Shown here: positions 52,350 through 60,131 of the stretch, piece by piece | Layout of the letters: the number at the start of each line of letters is the position of its first letter | How positions within the stretch are numbered: the first letter of the stretch is position 1 | NCBI GenBank assembly: GCA_036149055.1 | Contig: JAYZQJ010000125.1 | Location: 1-64,000 of the forward strand | DNA length: 64,000 nt | Source: Myxococcota bacterium | GTDB lineage: Bacteria; Myxococcota_A; Polyangia; Polyangiales; Sandaracinaceae | Direction of reading: 5' to 3' | Position numbers and translations under genes: made by a program | Notes under the pieces: generated by a model | Databases searched by the model: none | Told to the model about the DNA's origin: nothing | The model's input: the letters and a program-made list of their open reading frames with translations, nothing else

Positions 52350-53812
52350 ACCGTTCGCTGATGGAGGAAGTGATCGCGCGTCCCGACGACGACGACGTGC
52401 GCGAGGTCTACGCGGACTGGTGTGAAGAGCAGGGCGACCTGCCGCGCGCCAGCTTCATCCGGGTTCAGCTCGAGCGGGCGCGGCGCGATCCGTGGGACGC
52501 CCGCCAGGTTGCGCTGGAGGTCGCCGAGAGGGCGCTGCTCGAAGCGCACGGAGCGACCTGGCTCGGCGAGGTGGCGGACGTCCCCGGCGTCACCTGGACC
52601 GGGTTCGAGCGGGGCTTCGTGGCCCGAGCGGAGGCCGAATCCTTCGGCGCGCTCGTGAAGGGTCACGACGCGCTCGCCCGCGCGGCTCCCCTCCATCACG
52701 TGACGGCGCCCTGGCCGACGTCCGAGCGGGAAGCGGCCGGCGCGCGCGCCATGGGGACGTTGCGCGGGCTTCGGATCGAGCGCGCCATCATCGACCCGCG
52801 CGAGCCGCTCTGGCTCGCCGCGTCGCCGCTCCTCTCCACCCTCACGGAGCTCGCGCTGGTCGACGGCTACGCGGACGCGCCCGGGACCCACGCGCTGCTC
52901 ACCTCGCCGCACCTGCGGGGGCTGCGCGAGCTCAGCCTGGCGCGTCACCTCGTGGGCCGCGAGGGGGTCGTCGCTCTCGTCGAGGTGGATCTGCCCGAGC
53001 TGGTCGCCCTCCAGCTCGAGGAGCGCGGAACCACCGACGACAGCTGGAGCCACTGGGACGGCGGTCTCGACGTGCCGGCGATGGAGAGGCTCGCCCGGTG
53101 GCCGGGGCTCGCGCGCATCCGGCGGCTCGACCTCGGCGGCAACCGCATCGAGCCCGAGGGGTTCGAGGCCCTCTTCGAGTCCGAGCACTTCACCGCCGTG
53201 GAGAGCCTGAAGCTCCAGTTCGTCTACGCGATGCTCGCGGAGATTCCCTGGGGCAGCGCGCCGGGCGCGCTGAGGCTGAAGGCGCTCGATCTCGGGGACA
53301 GCTCCGTCTCGACCGAGGCGGCCCAAGTCCTCGCCGCAGCGCCGTGCCTCGCGGAGCTCCGCCAGCTGGATCTGCCGCGCGCACAGGCCGAGGAGGCGAC
53401 CGCTCTGCCCACGCTGCTGGACGGCGGCCTCGCCGAGACGCTCCAGGTGCTGGACCTCGGCGATTTCGACTCCGTCGAGGCGCCGGTCGTGAGCGCGCTC
53501 GTCGGCGCCGATCTGCCGCAGCTTCATACGCTGCGACTGGGATCGGCCTACGACATCGGCGATGGCGACGTCGAGCGTCTCGTGGGCTGGCGTCACCTCG
53601 AGCACCTCCGGTCGCTGGCGATCGCGGGAAAGAGCATCGGCTCGGAGACCGCTCGCGCGCTCGCCGCGGCGCCCCTCGACCAGCTCGAGCGACTCCGGGT
53701 TCGCGGGCTGCCCGAGGACGACCGAGCGCTGCTGCGCGAGACGCCGATCGGCCAGCGTCTGCTCCGGACGGGCGGGCTCGAGCTCTTGGCGCATCCGCAG
53801 CGCGGGTGGTGA
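52346..53812 (+). CDS. TIGR02996-domain leucine-rich repeat protein
   Basis: VIARPDDDDVREVYADWCEEQGD.PRASFIRVQ, FERGFV; LRR units such as LRELSL and IRRLDLGGNRI. Confidence 0.88.
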   Translation: MNRSLMEEVIARPDDDDVREVYADWCEEQGDLPRASFIRVQLERARRDPWDARQVALEVAERALLEAHGATWLGEVADVPGVTWTGFERGFVARAEAESFGALVKGHDALARAAPLHHVTAPWPTSEREAAGARAMGTLRGLRIERAIIDPREPLWLAASPLLSTLTELALVDGYADAPGTHALLTSPHLRGLRELSLARHLVGREGVVALVEVDLPELVALQLEERGTTDDSWSHWDGGLDVPAMERLARWPGLARIRRLDLGGNRIEPEGFEALFESEHFTAVESLKLQFVYAMLAEIPWGSAPGALRLKALDLGDSSVSTEAAQVLAAAPCLAELRQLDLPRAQAEEATALPTLLDGGLAETLQVLDLGDFDSVEAPVVSALVGADLPQLHTLRLGSAYDIGDGDVERLVGWRHLEHLRSLAIAGKSIGSETARALAAAPLDQLERLRVRGLPEDDRALLRETPIGQRLLRTGGLELLAHPQRGW

Positions 53813-53825
53813 TCCCGGGCCCCGC

Positions 53826-53854
53826 TTGATGCCCTTCCGGGCGTGGCGTACATG
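53826..53854 (+). promoter_or_regulatory. Putative sigma70 promoter of tRNA-Leu
   Basis: TTGATG-17 nt-TACATG, ~30 nt upstream of the tRNA. Confidence 0.45.
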
Positions 53855-53883
53855 CACGAAACCCATCACGACCACTCAGCAGA

Positions 53884-53967
53884 GCCGGGCTGGCGGAATT
53901 GGCATACGCAGGCGACTTAAAATCGCTCGGGGGTGACCTCATGAGGGTTCGAGTCCCTCGCCCGGCA
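53884..53967 (+). tRNA. tRNA-Leu (anticodon TAA), no encoded CCA
   Basis: Acceptor GCCGGGC/GCCCGGC plus A; D-arm GCGGAATTGGCATACGC; anticodon arm GGCGA-CTTAAAA-TCGCT; long variable arm; T-arm GAGGG-TTCGAGT-CCCTC. Confidence 0.95.
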
Positions 53968-53969
53968 GA

Positions 53970-54926
53970 TCACAGCCAGCCGCGCCGACGGTAGTCGGTG
54001 TAGGCCTCGCGCGCGCCGCGCTCGAAGTCGTGGGCGGGCGCCCAGTCGAAGGTCTGCATCGCGCGCCGCGGATCACAGCTCTGGTGTGGCTGGGTCGCGT
54101 CGGCCGCCTTGTCGCGGGAGAGCATCACCGGCCGATCGCGGAGCCGCCCGGTCAGCTCGGCCGCGGCGCCCAGCGCCTTCATCGCGAGCGAGGGCACCGG
54201 GAGCACTCGCACCCGCCGGCCCACCGCGGCGCCGATGAGGTGCGCGACCTCGGCGCGCGGGTAGGGCGCGGGCTCGGCGACGAAGTAGGCGCCGCGCGGG
54301 TGCTCGGTCTCGAGCGCCCGGGCGATGACCTCGGCGCAGTCGGCGCCGTGCAGCATCGACATCGTGCCGCTCGGGTGCACCATCGGCACGACGCCGCGCT
54401 CGGCGGCCCGGAAGAGGCCCACCATGCGGTGCTCGCCGGGGCCGTAGAGCGCGGGGGGGCGCAGGCAGGTGACGGGGAGGGGGCTGGCGAGCGCGAGCGC
54501 CTCGGCGGCGTGCTTGCTCCGGCCGTAGTGGCTCACCGGGGCGTCGGGCGCGCCGTCCGCGTGCGGTGTGGGCCCGGGCGACGGGCCGTGGGCGGCGAGG
54601 CTGGAGACGAGCACGAAGCGACGGAGGGTCGAGGGCGCGGCTTCGATCAGAGCGCGGGTGGTGTCGGTGTTGCCGCGGTAGAAGTCGGCGACCTCGCGCA
54701 CGATGCCGCCGCCCGCCGCGTGCACCACCGCGTCGGTCTCCATCGCCGGGCGCAGCGCCTCGGGGTCGCTCAGCGCGCCGCGCACGACCTCGACGCCGAG
54801 CGCCTCGATCTCGCCGGTCCGGCTGGTCGGCCGCGCGAAGGCGCGGACGGCGTGGCCGCGCGCGGTCAAGGCCCGGCAGAGGTGGAGGCCGAGGAAGCCG
54901 GTGGCGCCGGTGACGAGGACGCGCAC
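53970..54926 (-). CDS. NAD-dependent epimerase/dehydratase
   Basis: LVTGATGFLG, VSSLAA, YGRSK, LRP.ALYGP. Confidence 0.92.
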   Translation of the reverse strand: MRVLVTGATGFLGLHLCRALTARGHAVRAFARPTSRTGEIEALGVEVVRGALSDPEALRPAMETDAVVHAAGGGIVREVADFYRGNTDTTRALIEAAPSTLRRFVLVSSLAAHGPSPGPTPHADGAPDAPVSHYGRSKHAAEALALASPLPVTCLRPPALYGPGEHRMVGLFRAAERGVVPMVHPSGTMSMLHGADCAEVIARALETEHPRGAYFVAEPAPYPRAEVAHLIGAAVGRRVRVLPVPSLAMKALGAAAELTGRLRDRPVMLSRDKAADATQPHQSCDPRRAMQTFDWAPAHDFERGAREAYTDYRRRGWL

Positions 54927-54927
54927 G

Positions 54928-56001
54928 TCACTCGCCGAAGGGCGAGGTCCGCCCGAGCGCGATCGCGCGCGCCACCGGGAAGGACCGCCGGACGTGGGGC
55001 GCCTCCTCGAGCGCGTGGCGCGCCATGGCCACCGACACCCGGTAGATGGGCGCGACCTGCGCCCGGGAGGCGGGGCTGAGGTTGCGGGCCTCGCGCGCGC
55101 GCTCCTCCTCCATGATCGTCAGCACGGTGTTCCAGCCGAGCGCGGCGAAGATGAGGCGGTGCTCGGGGCGAGCGTCCCGCGCGCGCTCGCCGTGCTCGAC
55201 CAGGGCGCGCACCTCGGCGCGGCGCTGGCTCAGCTCCTCGTCGCTCAGCGCGGCGAGGAGGGAGATGGCGCGGGAGAGCTCGCGCTCGTAGGGCGCGAAG
55301 GTCGGCGTCTCGCTCGGGACCCGCCCGCGGGCCTCGCGCACGAGGTCGACCGGCACCGCGATGGTCAGGCCGGAGACGCCCTGGTCGGGGCGGCCGCGCA
55401 TGGACACGATGCCGATCAGCTCCCCCGCCTCGTCGATGACCGGGCCGCCCGAGTTGCCCGGGTTGACCGACATGCTCAGGTGCAGGAGCCCGTCGCGGGT
55501 GATGCGGCTGACCTCGCCGCTCGAGGCGGCCGGGTTGGGCTCGCGCACGTCCAGCGGGTAGCCGCTGACGCTGACCCGCTCGCTCATCGTCAGCCGCCGC
55601 GCCGCGTCCGGGAGCGCGACGTGGTGCGGCAGATCGCGGTCGACCGCGACGAAGGCGATGTCGTGCGCGATGTCGACGTAGACCGGACGCGCCGGGATCG
55701 GGGTGGACTCCCCGGGCGGGATCACCGTCCACGCGTGCATGCCCCACACCACGTGGCGGGCGGTCAGGACGAGGCGCGGGCCGATGGCGACGCCCGAGCC
55801 GTGCCCCATCGAGGGATCGGCGCCGACGCGGCGCACGCCGGTGGTGCGTCCGGTGCCCTGGGTCGGCGCGATGCCGGACACCCCGATGACGCGCACGGTG
55901 GCGCGGTCGATGGGGCGCAGCTCGACCCCCTGCGCGCGCGCGGCGCCGGCGGTGAGCGAGAGGCCGACGAAGAGGAGGGGCGCGAGGGTCGAGCGCGTCA
56001 T
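54928..56001 (-). CDS. Trypsin-like (S1C-type) serine protease, secreted
   Basis: Signal peptide; GSG, LTARHVV, DIA, GYP, NPGNSGGP. Confidence 0.9.
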   Translation of the reverse strand: MTRSTLAPLLFVGLSLTAGAARAQGVELRPIDRATVRVIGVSGIAPTQGTGRTTGVRRVGADPSMGHGSGVAIGPRLVLTARHVVWGMHAWTVIPPGESTPIPARPVYVDIAHDIAFVAVDRDLPHHVALPDAARRLTMSERVSVSGYPLDVREPNPAASSGEVSRITRDGLLHLSMSVNPGNSGGPVIDEAGELIGIVSMRGRPDQGVSGLTIAVPVDLVREARGRVPSETPTFAPYERELSRAISLLAALSDEELSQRRAEVRALVEHGERARDARPEHRLIFAALGWNTVLTIMEEERAREARNLSPASRAQVAPIYRVSVAMARHALEEAPHVRRSFPVARAIALGRTSPFGE

Positions 56002-57035
56002 CAGAGGATCCGGAAGGAGTCGAAGTAGGCCATCAGGATGCGGGCTCGGTCGCGGCTCCGCAGCGAGGCGCGCGAGCCGATCGCCTCGACCACGTAGAGG
56101 CGGGTCTCGGTCTGGTACACGCGGGTGAAGGCGCGGGTGCCGCTCTGGTCGGTGGTGAAGACGCGGCCGGGGTAGCCGTTGGTCTGCACCGGCCGCACCT
56201 CCCGCTGCAGGCGCAGCTGCTCGGTGAGCTGGCCGAACGCGTCCTCTGGGACCAACCGGCCGAAGGAGACGACGCGGACCCGGTAGCGCCCCCAGTCGTC
56301 CCGCGTCTCGTAGGTCCAGACGGGGGTGCGCTGCCCGCCGAGCACCAGCTCGCTCTCCTCGAGCGCCGGCGCGCGGGGCATGGAGATCGCGAAGTCGGCC
56401 TCGGGGAGATACAGCGGCGTCCACGTTCCGTCCGCATGTCGGGCGCCCTGGGCGGGCATGAGCGCGTGCTCCGGGTCGAGCTGGATCGAGCCCATGAACC
56501 GGCTCGCGATCCGGAGCGCGTCGCGGCTGCGGCGTGGCACGACGGCCAGCGCCACCACGACCCGGTCGGCGCCGACGAACTGCCGGATGGCGACGAAGGT
56601 GTCGTTCTCGCCGCGCCCGGTGTCCTCGCGGGCGTAGAAGCCCTGCACCGTCAGCCGCTGGCTGCGGTCGCGCTGCAGGTCCGCGTGCTCGAAGATGGAC
56701 TCGGCCAGCGCGGCGGCGGCGATGAGCGGGTCGCCCACGAAGCCGCCCTCGAACTGGTTCACGTGCACGGCGAAGAGGCCGTAGGGGGCCTCGACCGCGA
56801 CGCTGGTCTGCCGCACGCGCGCGCCATCGTCGGTGACGTCCTCGTCGGTCTCACCGGTCGGCGTCGCCGGCATGCTCACGCGGATACCGGTGCCGCGCGG
56901 GGACACGTCCTGCCAGCCCACCGTCTGCGCCGTGACCGGGCGGGCCCAGCCGTAGCGCTGGCGGGAGCGGCAGCTGGGGAGGAACAGCAGGCAGGCGAGC
57001 GCGACGAGCGCCCAGCCGAGGGACGAGCGAGCCAT
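56001..57035 (-). CDS. Hypothetical lipoprotein with two similar domains
   Basis: FLPSC lipobox; halves share W......G/D..ISMP..P and F..S..I/L; TGATG coupling. Confidence 0.75.
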   Translation of the reverse strand: MARSSLGWALVALACLLFLPSCRSRQRYGWARPVTAQTVGWQDVSPRGTGIRVSMPATPTGETDEDVTDDGARVRQTSVAVEAPYGLFAVHVNQFEGGFVGDPLIAAAALAESIFEHADLQRDRSQRLTVQGFYAREDTGRGENDTFVAIRQFVGADRVVVALAVVPRRSRDALRIASRFMGSIQLDPEHALMPAQGARHADGTWTPLYLPEADFAISMPRAPALEESELVLGGQRTPVWTYETRDDWGRYRVRVVSFGRLVPEDAFGQLTEQLRLQREVRPVQTNGYPGRVFTTDQSGTRAFTRVYQTETRLYVVEAIGSRASLRSRDRARILMAYFDSFRIL

Positions 57036-57116
57036 GGGTCTCCGGGTACGGCGAGGAGCGAGATTTGCACCCTCTCGCGCCTCGCCCCGCGGGTCAATCC
57101 ATTTTGGCCCGGCCGG

Positions 57117-58772
57117 TCACTCCTCCAGCAGGCGCTCCAGCAGGGCGGCGACGCGGATCTGCGATCGCTGCGGCGCCAGCACGGCTTCCACCGTGGAGCG
57201 GATGTCGCCTCCGCTCCGCCCGACCCGCGCGACGAAGAGCGAGATCTCGGAGTCCCGGCGGGAGGGGCTGCCGTGCCACGAGTGGTAGGGCCCGCTGAAG
57301 TAGGTGCGGTCCTTCTCCGGGATGTCGTGGCCGAGGTTCGAGATGAGGATCACGTCGCCGGCCAGGTGCCCCTGCGGGCCCACCGCGAGCTGCTCCAGGC
57401 GCCGGGCGACGTCGACCCAGTCGTCCCGCGGGTGGGATTCGAGCCAGGCGCTGACGTCGTGGGCGCGCTCTCCGTCGAACACCCGGAAAGGTCGCTGACG
57501 CTCGCCGGGGGCGGCCGGCTCCCGCACGAGCACCATCGCCAGGCTGCCCTGCAGCGACGGGAAGGGATCTCCGTCCTGCGAGGCGCGCCAGAACGCGCGA
57601 GCGGCGGCCAGGACGTCGTCTTCGTAGCGCGGCGGCGCCGACCAGTCGCAGCGCTCGCCCTCCGCCGCGCACCGGCTGCGGTCGGCGAGGTAGAGGTAGG
57701 CGAGCCCGCCCTGGTAGGCGAGCACGGCGTCGAAGTCGGCGTCCTCGGGGAGCGTCAGCTCGGGGGGGCGCGGGCGGAAGCCGGCGCGGCGCAGGACGGC
57801 GGGCGGGTCGTCCCGGGTGTCGTCGACGCTGAGCGCGTGCTGCTCGTCGTGCTGGACCGGGGTGTGCCCGTGGTCGCTGACGACGACGATCCACGTGTCC
57901 TCGAGCGCGTCGTCGGCGCGGTAGCGGTCGAACACCCGCCGGAGGCCGGGATCGATCACGTTCATCAGGTGCTCGTGCTGCTCGCCGAGCGGGTCCTCGC
58001 GGGAGTGCGCGACGAGGTCGACGCCCGGGAAGTACATCGTCTGCACGTCGGGCAGGCCGAAGGCCTCGATCGCCTCGAGGACCTCCTCCACCGAGCCCTC
58101 GTCGAGCTGGGCGTAGGCCTCCTCGCTCACGCTGTGCTCGCCTCGCAGGGACTCGGGCAGGATCGAGAACATCTGCACCGCGTCGAGCGCGTGCGGGGTC
58201 GTGTAGACGTCGGCGCCGCGGTGCACCGGGCCGAGGCTCGAGTGGCTGCGGAGGTCGAGCCGCTCGAAGATCGTCTCGACCTGGATCCGCTCGCCCATGA
58301 ACCCGTCGGTGTGCATCTGCATCGCGTGGTCCATGCCGCGCACCGAGACCGGGGCCGGGGCGAAGAACGCGGGCACGGTGCGGTCGAACCACTCGTTGCC
58401 GGGGACGCCGCTCTCGCCGGCGGGGGCCCCGGTGTAGATGGTCGTCCAGGCGGCCATGGTGGTGCTCGGCAGGATGCTGAGCACGCCGCGGGCCCGATAG
58501 CCGTGGGCGAAGAGGCCGGGCTCGTCCTGGCCTTCGCCCGCGATCGCCTCGAGGCTCCGGAGCTCACCTCCGTCGATCGCCGCGCCCAGCTCGTCGCCGC
58601 CGACGCCGTCGAGCCCGATCAGGATGAGGCGAGTGCCGCCGCGAGCCGCCCGCATCGGCCGGCGGAGCTGCTGCACGCCCGAGTGCTTGATGAGGGACAC
58701 CGCCTCGGACACGGAGACGCCGCTGCCGCAGGCGAGCGTGAGCGAGAGGGCCAGTGGGAGCATCCTGCGCAC
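57117..58772 (-). CDS. Alkaline phosphatase superfamily / nucleotide pyrophosphatase-phosphodiesterase lipoprotein
   Basis: LIGLDG, PSTT..AW.TI.TG, GVDLVAH, VSDHGH, WHGS; LAC lipobox. Confidence 0.88.
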   Translation of the reverse strand: MRRMLPLALSLTLACGSGVSVSEAVSLIKHSGVQQLRRPMRAARGGTRLILIGLDGVGGDELGAAIDGGELRSLEAIAGEGQDEPGLFAHGYRARGVLSILPSTTMAAWTTIYTGAPAGESGVPGNEWFDRTVPAFFAPAPVSVRGMDHAMQMHTDGFMGERIQVETIFERLDLRSHSSLGPVHRGADVYTTPHALDAVQMFSILPESLRGEHSVSEEAYAQLDEGSVEEVLEAIEAFGLPDVQTMYFPGVDLVAHSREDPLGEQHEHLMNVIDPGLRRVFDRYRADDALEDTWIVVVSDHGHTPVQHDEQHALSVDDTRDDPPAVLRRAGFRPRPPELTLPEDADFDAVLAYQGGLAYLYLADRSRCAAEGERCDWSAPPRYEDDVLAAARAFWRASQDGDPFPSLQGSLAMVLVREPAAPGERQRPFRVFDGERAHDVSAWLESHPRDDWVDVARRLEQLAVGPQGHLAGDVILISNLGHDIPEKDRTYFSGPYHSWHGSPSRRDSEISLFVARVGRSGGDIRSTVEAVLAPQRSQIRVAALLERLLEE

Positions 58773-58793
58773 GAGAGCGCAGTTAGGCCCCGA

Positions 58794-59405
58794 TCAACGA
58801 GGCTGCACCGTCAACCAGTTCGAGCCGGTCTCGCTGTCCCGATAGAGGTGCAGCCGGACGTTGGTCGGCCGCATCCGGTAGGTGAAGGTGTAGTCGATGA
58901 AGGCGTCGAGCTCGTCGCTCTCGACGCCCTTCTTGAAGCGTCCGTAGACGAGGCGGTTGTTGCAGCAGGGCGCGAGCTCCCCGAAGAAGTGCTTCCCCTC
59001 GGCGTCCTCGCGGGGGATGCCGCTGAACCGGGTCTCGGTGGCGTTGTAGAGGAGCACGTGGCCCTCGTCGCTGAGCTGGATGACGCCCACCGGGAGCACG
59101 TCGATCTTCGAGCGGGGCAGGTCCGGCAGGACGCGCGCGATCTCGTCGGCGTGGAGCCGGGCGTGACCGTTGATGTGGTCGCGCTCGTCTTCGAAGTCGC
59201 CGGGCGCGTCGATGCCCTCTTCGAGCAAGCTCTGGACGTCGCGGCGCCGGTACCGACGGTGGCCTCCCGCCGTCTTGCGCGCTGGCAATCGTCCCGCGTC
59301 GGCCCAACGCTTGATGCTCGTGGGGCTCACGCCGAGTCGTTCGGCGGCCTCACTGGTGGTGAGAAGCTCACCCTGCTCTTCGGTCGCGAGTTTGGAATCA
59401 GTCAT
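58794..59405 (-). CDS. Excisionase/MerR-type HTH fused to photoactive yellow protein (PYP) domain
   Basis: LLTTSEAAERLGVSPTSIKRWADAGRL...TAGGHRRY; GVIQL...G.VLLYNATE...SG, GKHFFGELAPC, YGRFKKGV, DYTFTYRMRPT.V..H; AGAGGA SD. Confidence 0.9.
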   Translation of the reverse strand: MTDSKLATEEQGELLTTSEAAERLGVSPTSIKRWADAGRLPARKTAGGHRRYRRRDVQSLLEEGIDAPGDFEDERDHINGHARLHADEIARVLPDLPRSKIDVLPVGVIQLSDEGHVLLYNATETRFSGIPREDAEGKHFFGELAPCCNNRLVYGRFKKGVESDELDAFIDYTFTYRMRPTNVRLHLYRDSETGSNWLTVQPR

Positions 59406-59628
59406 GGCGTCCTCTGATGAAATCGAGAAGCTCCTTCCGAAAGCGGAGGGGGACCTGGAGTCGCAGCTCGTCAGCCTCTACGCGGACCGGGCCAAGCTCT
59501 ACCGGGAGCTCGGGACGGCCGATCCCGACGACATCATCGCGATGGTGCGGCGGCTCGAGGCCCAGCTCGTCTCGCTCTACGAGGAGCGGGAGCGGGCCTT
59601 CGCCGGGCGCGACATCGAGGGGGACTGA
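59404..59628 (+). CDS. Small protein with internal LE(S/A)QLVSLY repeat
   Basis: GC3-rich; LESQLVSLYADR and LEAQLVSLYEER. Confidence 0.75.
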   Translation: MASSDEIEKLLPKAEGDLESQLVSLYADRAKLYRELGTADPDDIIAMVRRLEAQLVSLYEERERAFAGRDIEGD

Positions 59629-59837
59629 GCGCTTCACGTCGAGAACGCTTGGGCCAGTCCCCAGGGCTGGCCAACCCGACGCGAACAATCGCCCCGCCCC
59701 CCGGTGTGGCCATCCGGCGGGTGGCGCAAGATGCCTCGGAGCCCCGGTTTTCTTGACCGCGAGGCGTTCCGTCCGGCACTCCCCGAGGAGCCAGTGGCCT
59801 CGCGTCGGGCGAATGACGCGGGCCCAGGGAGGTCGAC

Positions 59838-60071
59838 ATGATGAAGGAAGAGCTTCTCGAGCGGGTGAGCGAGCTGGTCCGGCAGGTGACGGAGGCGCGC
59901 TTCGAAGGCGCCCTCTACGCCAAGCTGGCCCGAGCCCACGGCTACGCCGACGGGTACATGCGGGCGCTGATCGACGCGGGCCTCGTGGACCGGGACGAGC
60001 TGCTCCGCGCCGTCTCGGACGCGCGCAAGGACGCGCTCGACGCCGACGACGCCCGCCGCCACGCGGCCTGA
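59838..60071 (+). CDS. Small hypothetical protein
   Basis: GGAGG SD; GC3-rich; RAHGYADGYMRALIDAG. Confidence 0.8.
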   Translation: MMKEELLERVSELVRQVTEARFEGALYAKLARAHGYADGYMRALIDAGLVDRDELLRAVSDARKDALDADDARRHAA

Positions 60072-60082
60072 CGGAAACGAAG

Positions 60083-60113
60083 AGGGCGCGACCGGAGTCC
60101 CGGCCGCGCCCTT
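60083..60113. terminator. Hairpin between convergent genes
   Basis: agggcgcgaccgg-agtc-ccggccgcgccct followed by tt. Confidence 0.55.
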
Positions 60114-60131
60114 TCGGCGTCTGCGGGGCGC

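Noticed and set aside
49565..53967. Prophage or integrative element at tRNA-Leu
   Set aside because: No integrase, phage genes or duplicated tRNA end seen; kept only as an island-like remnant
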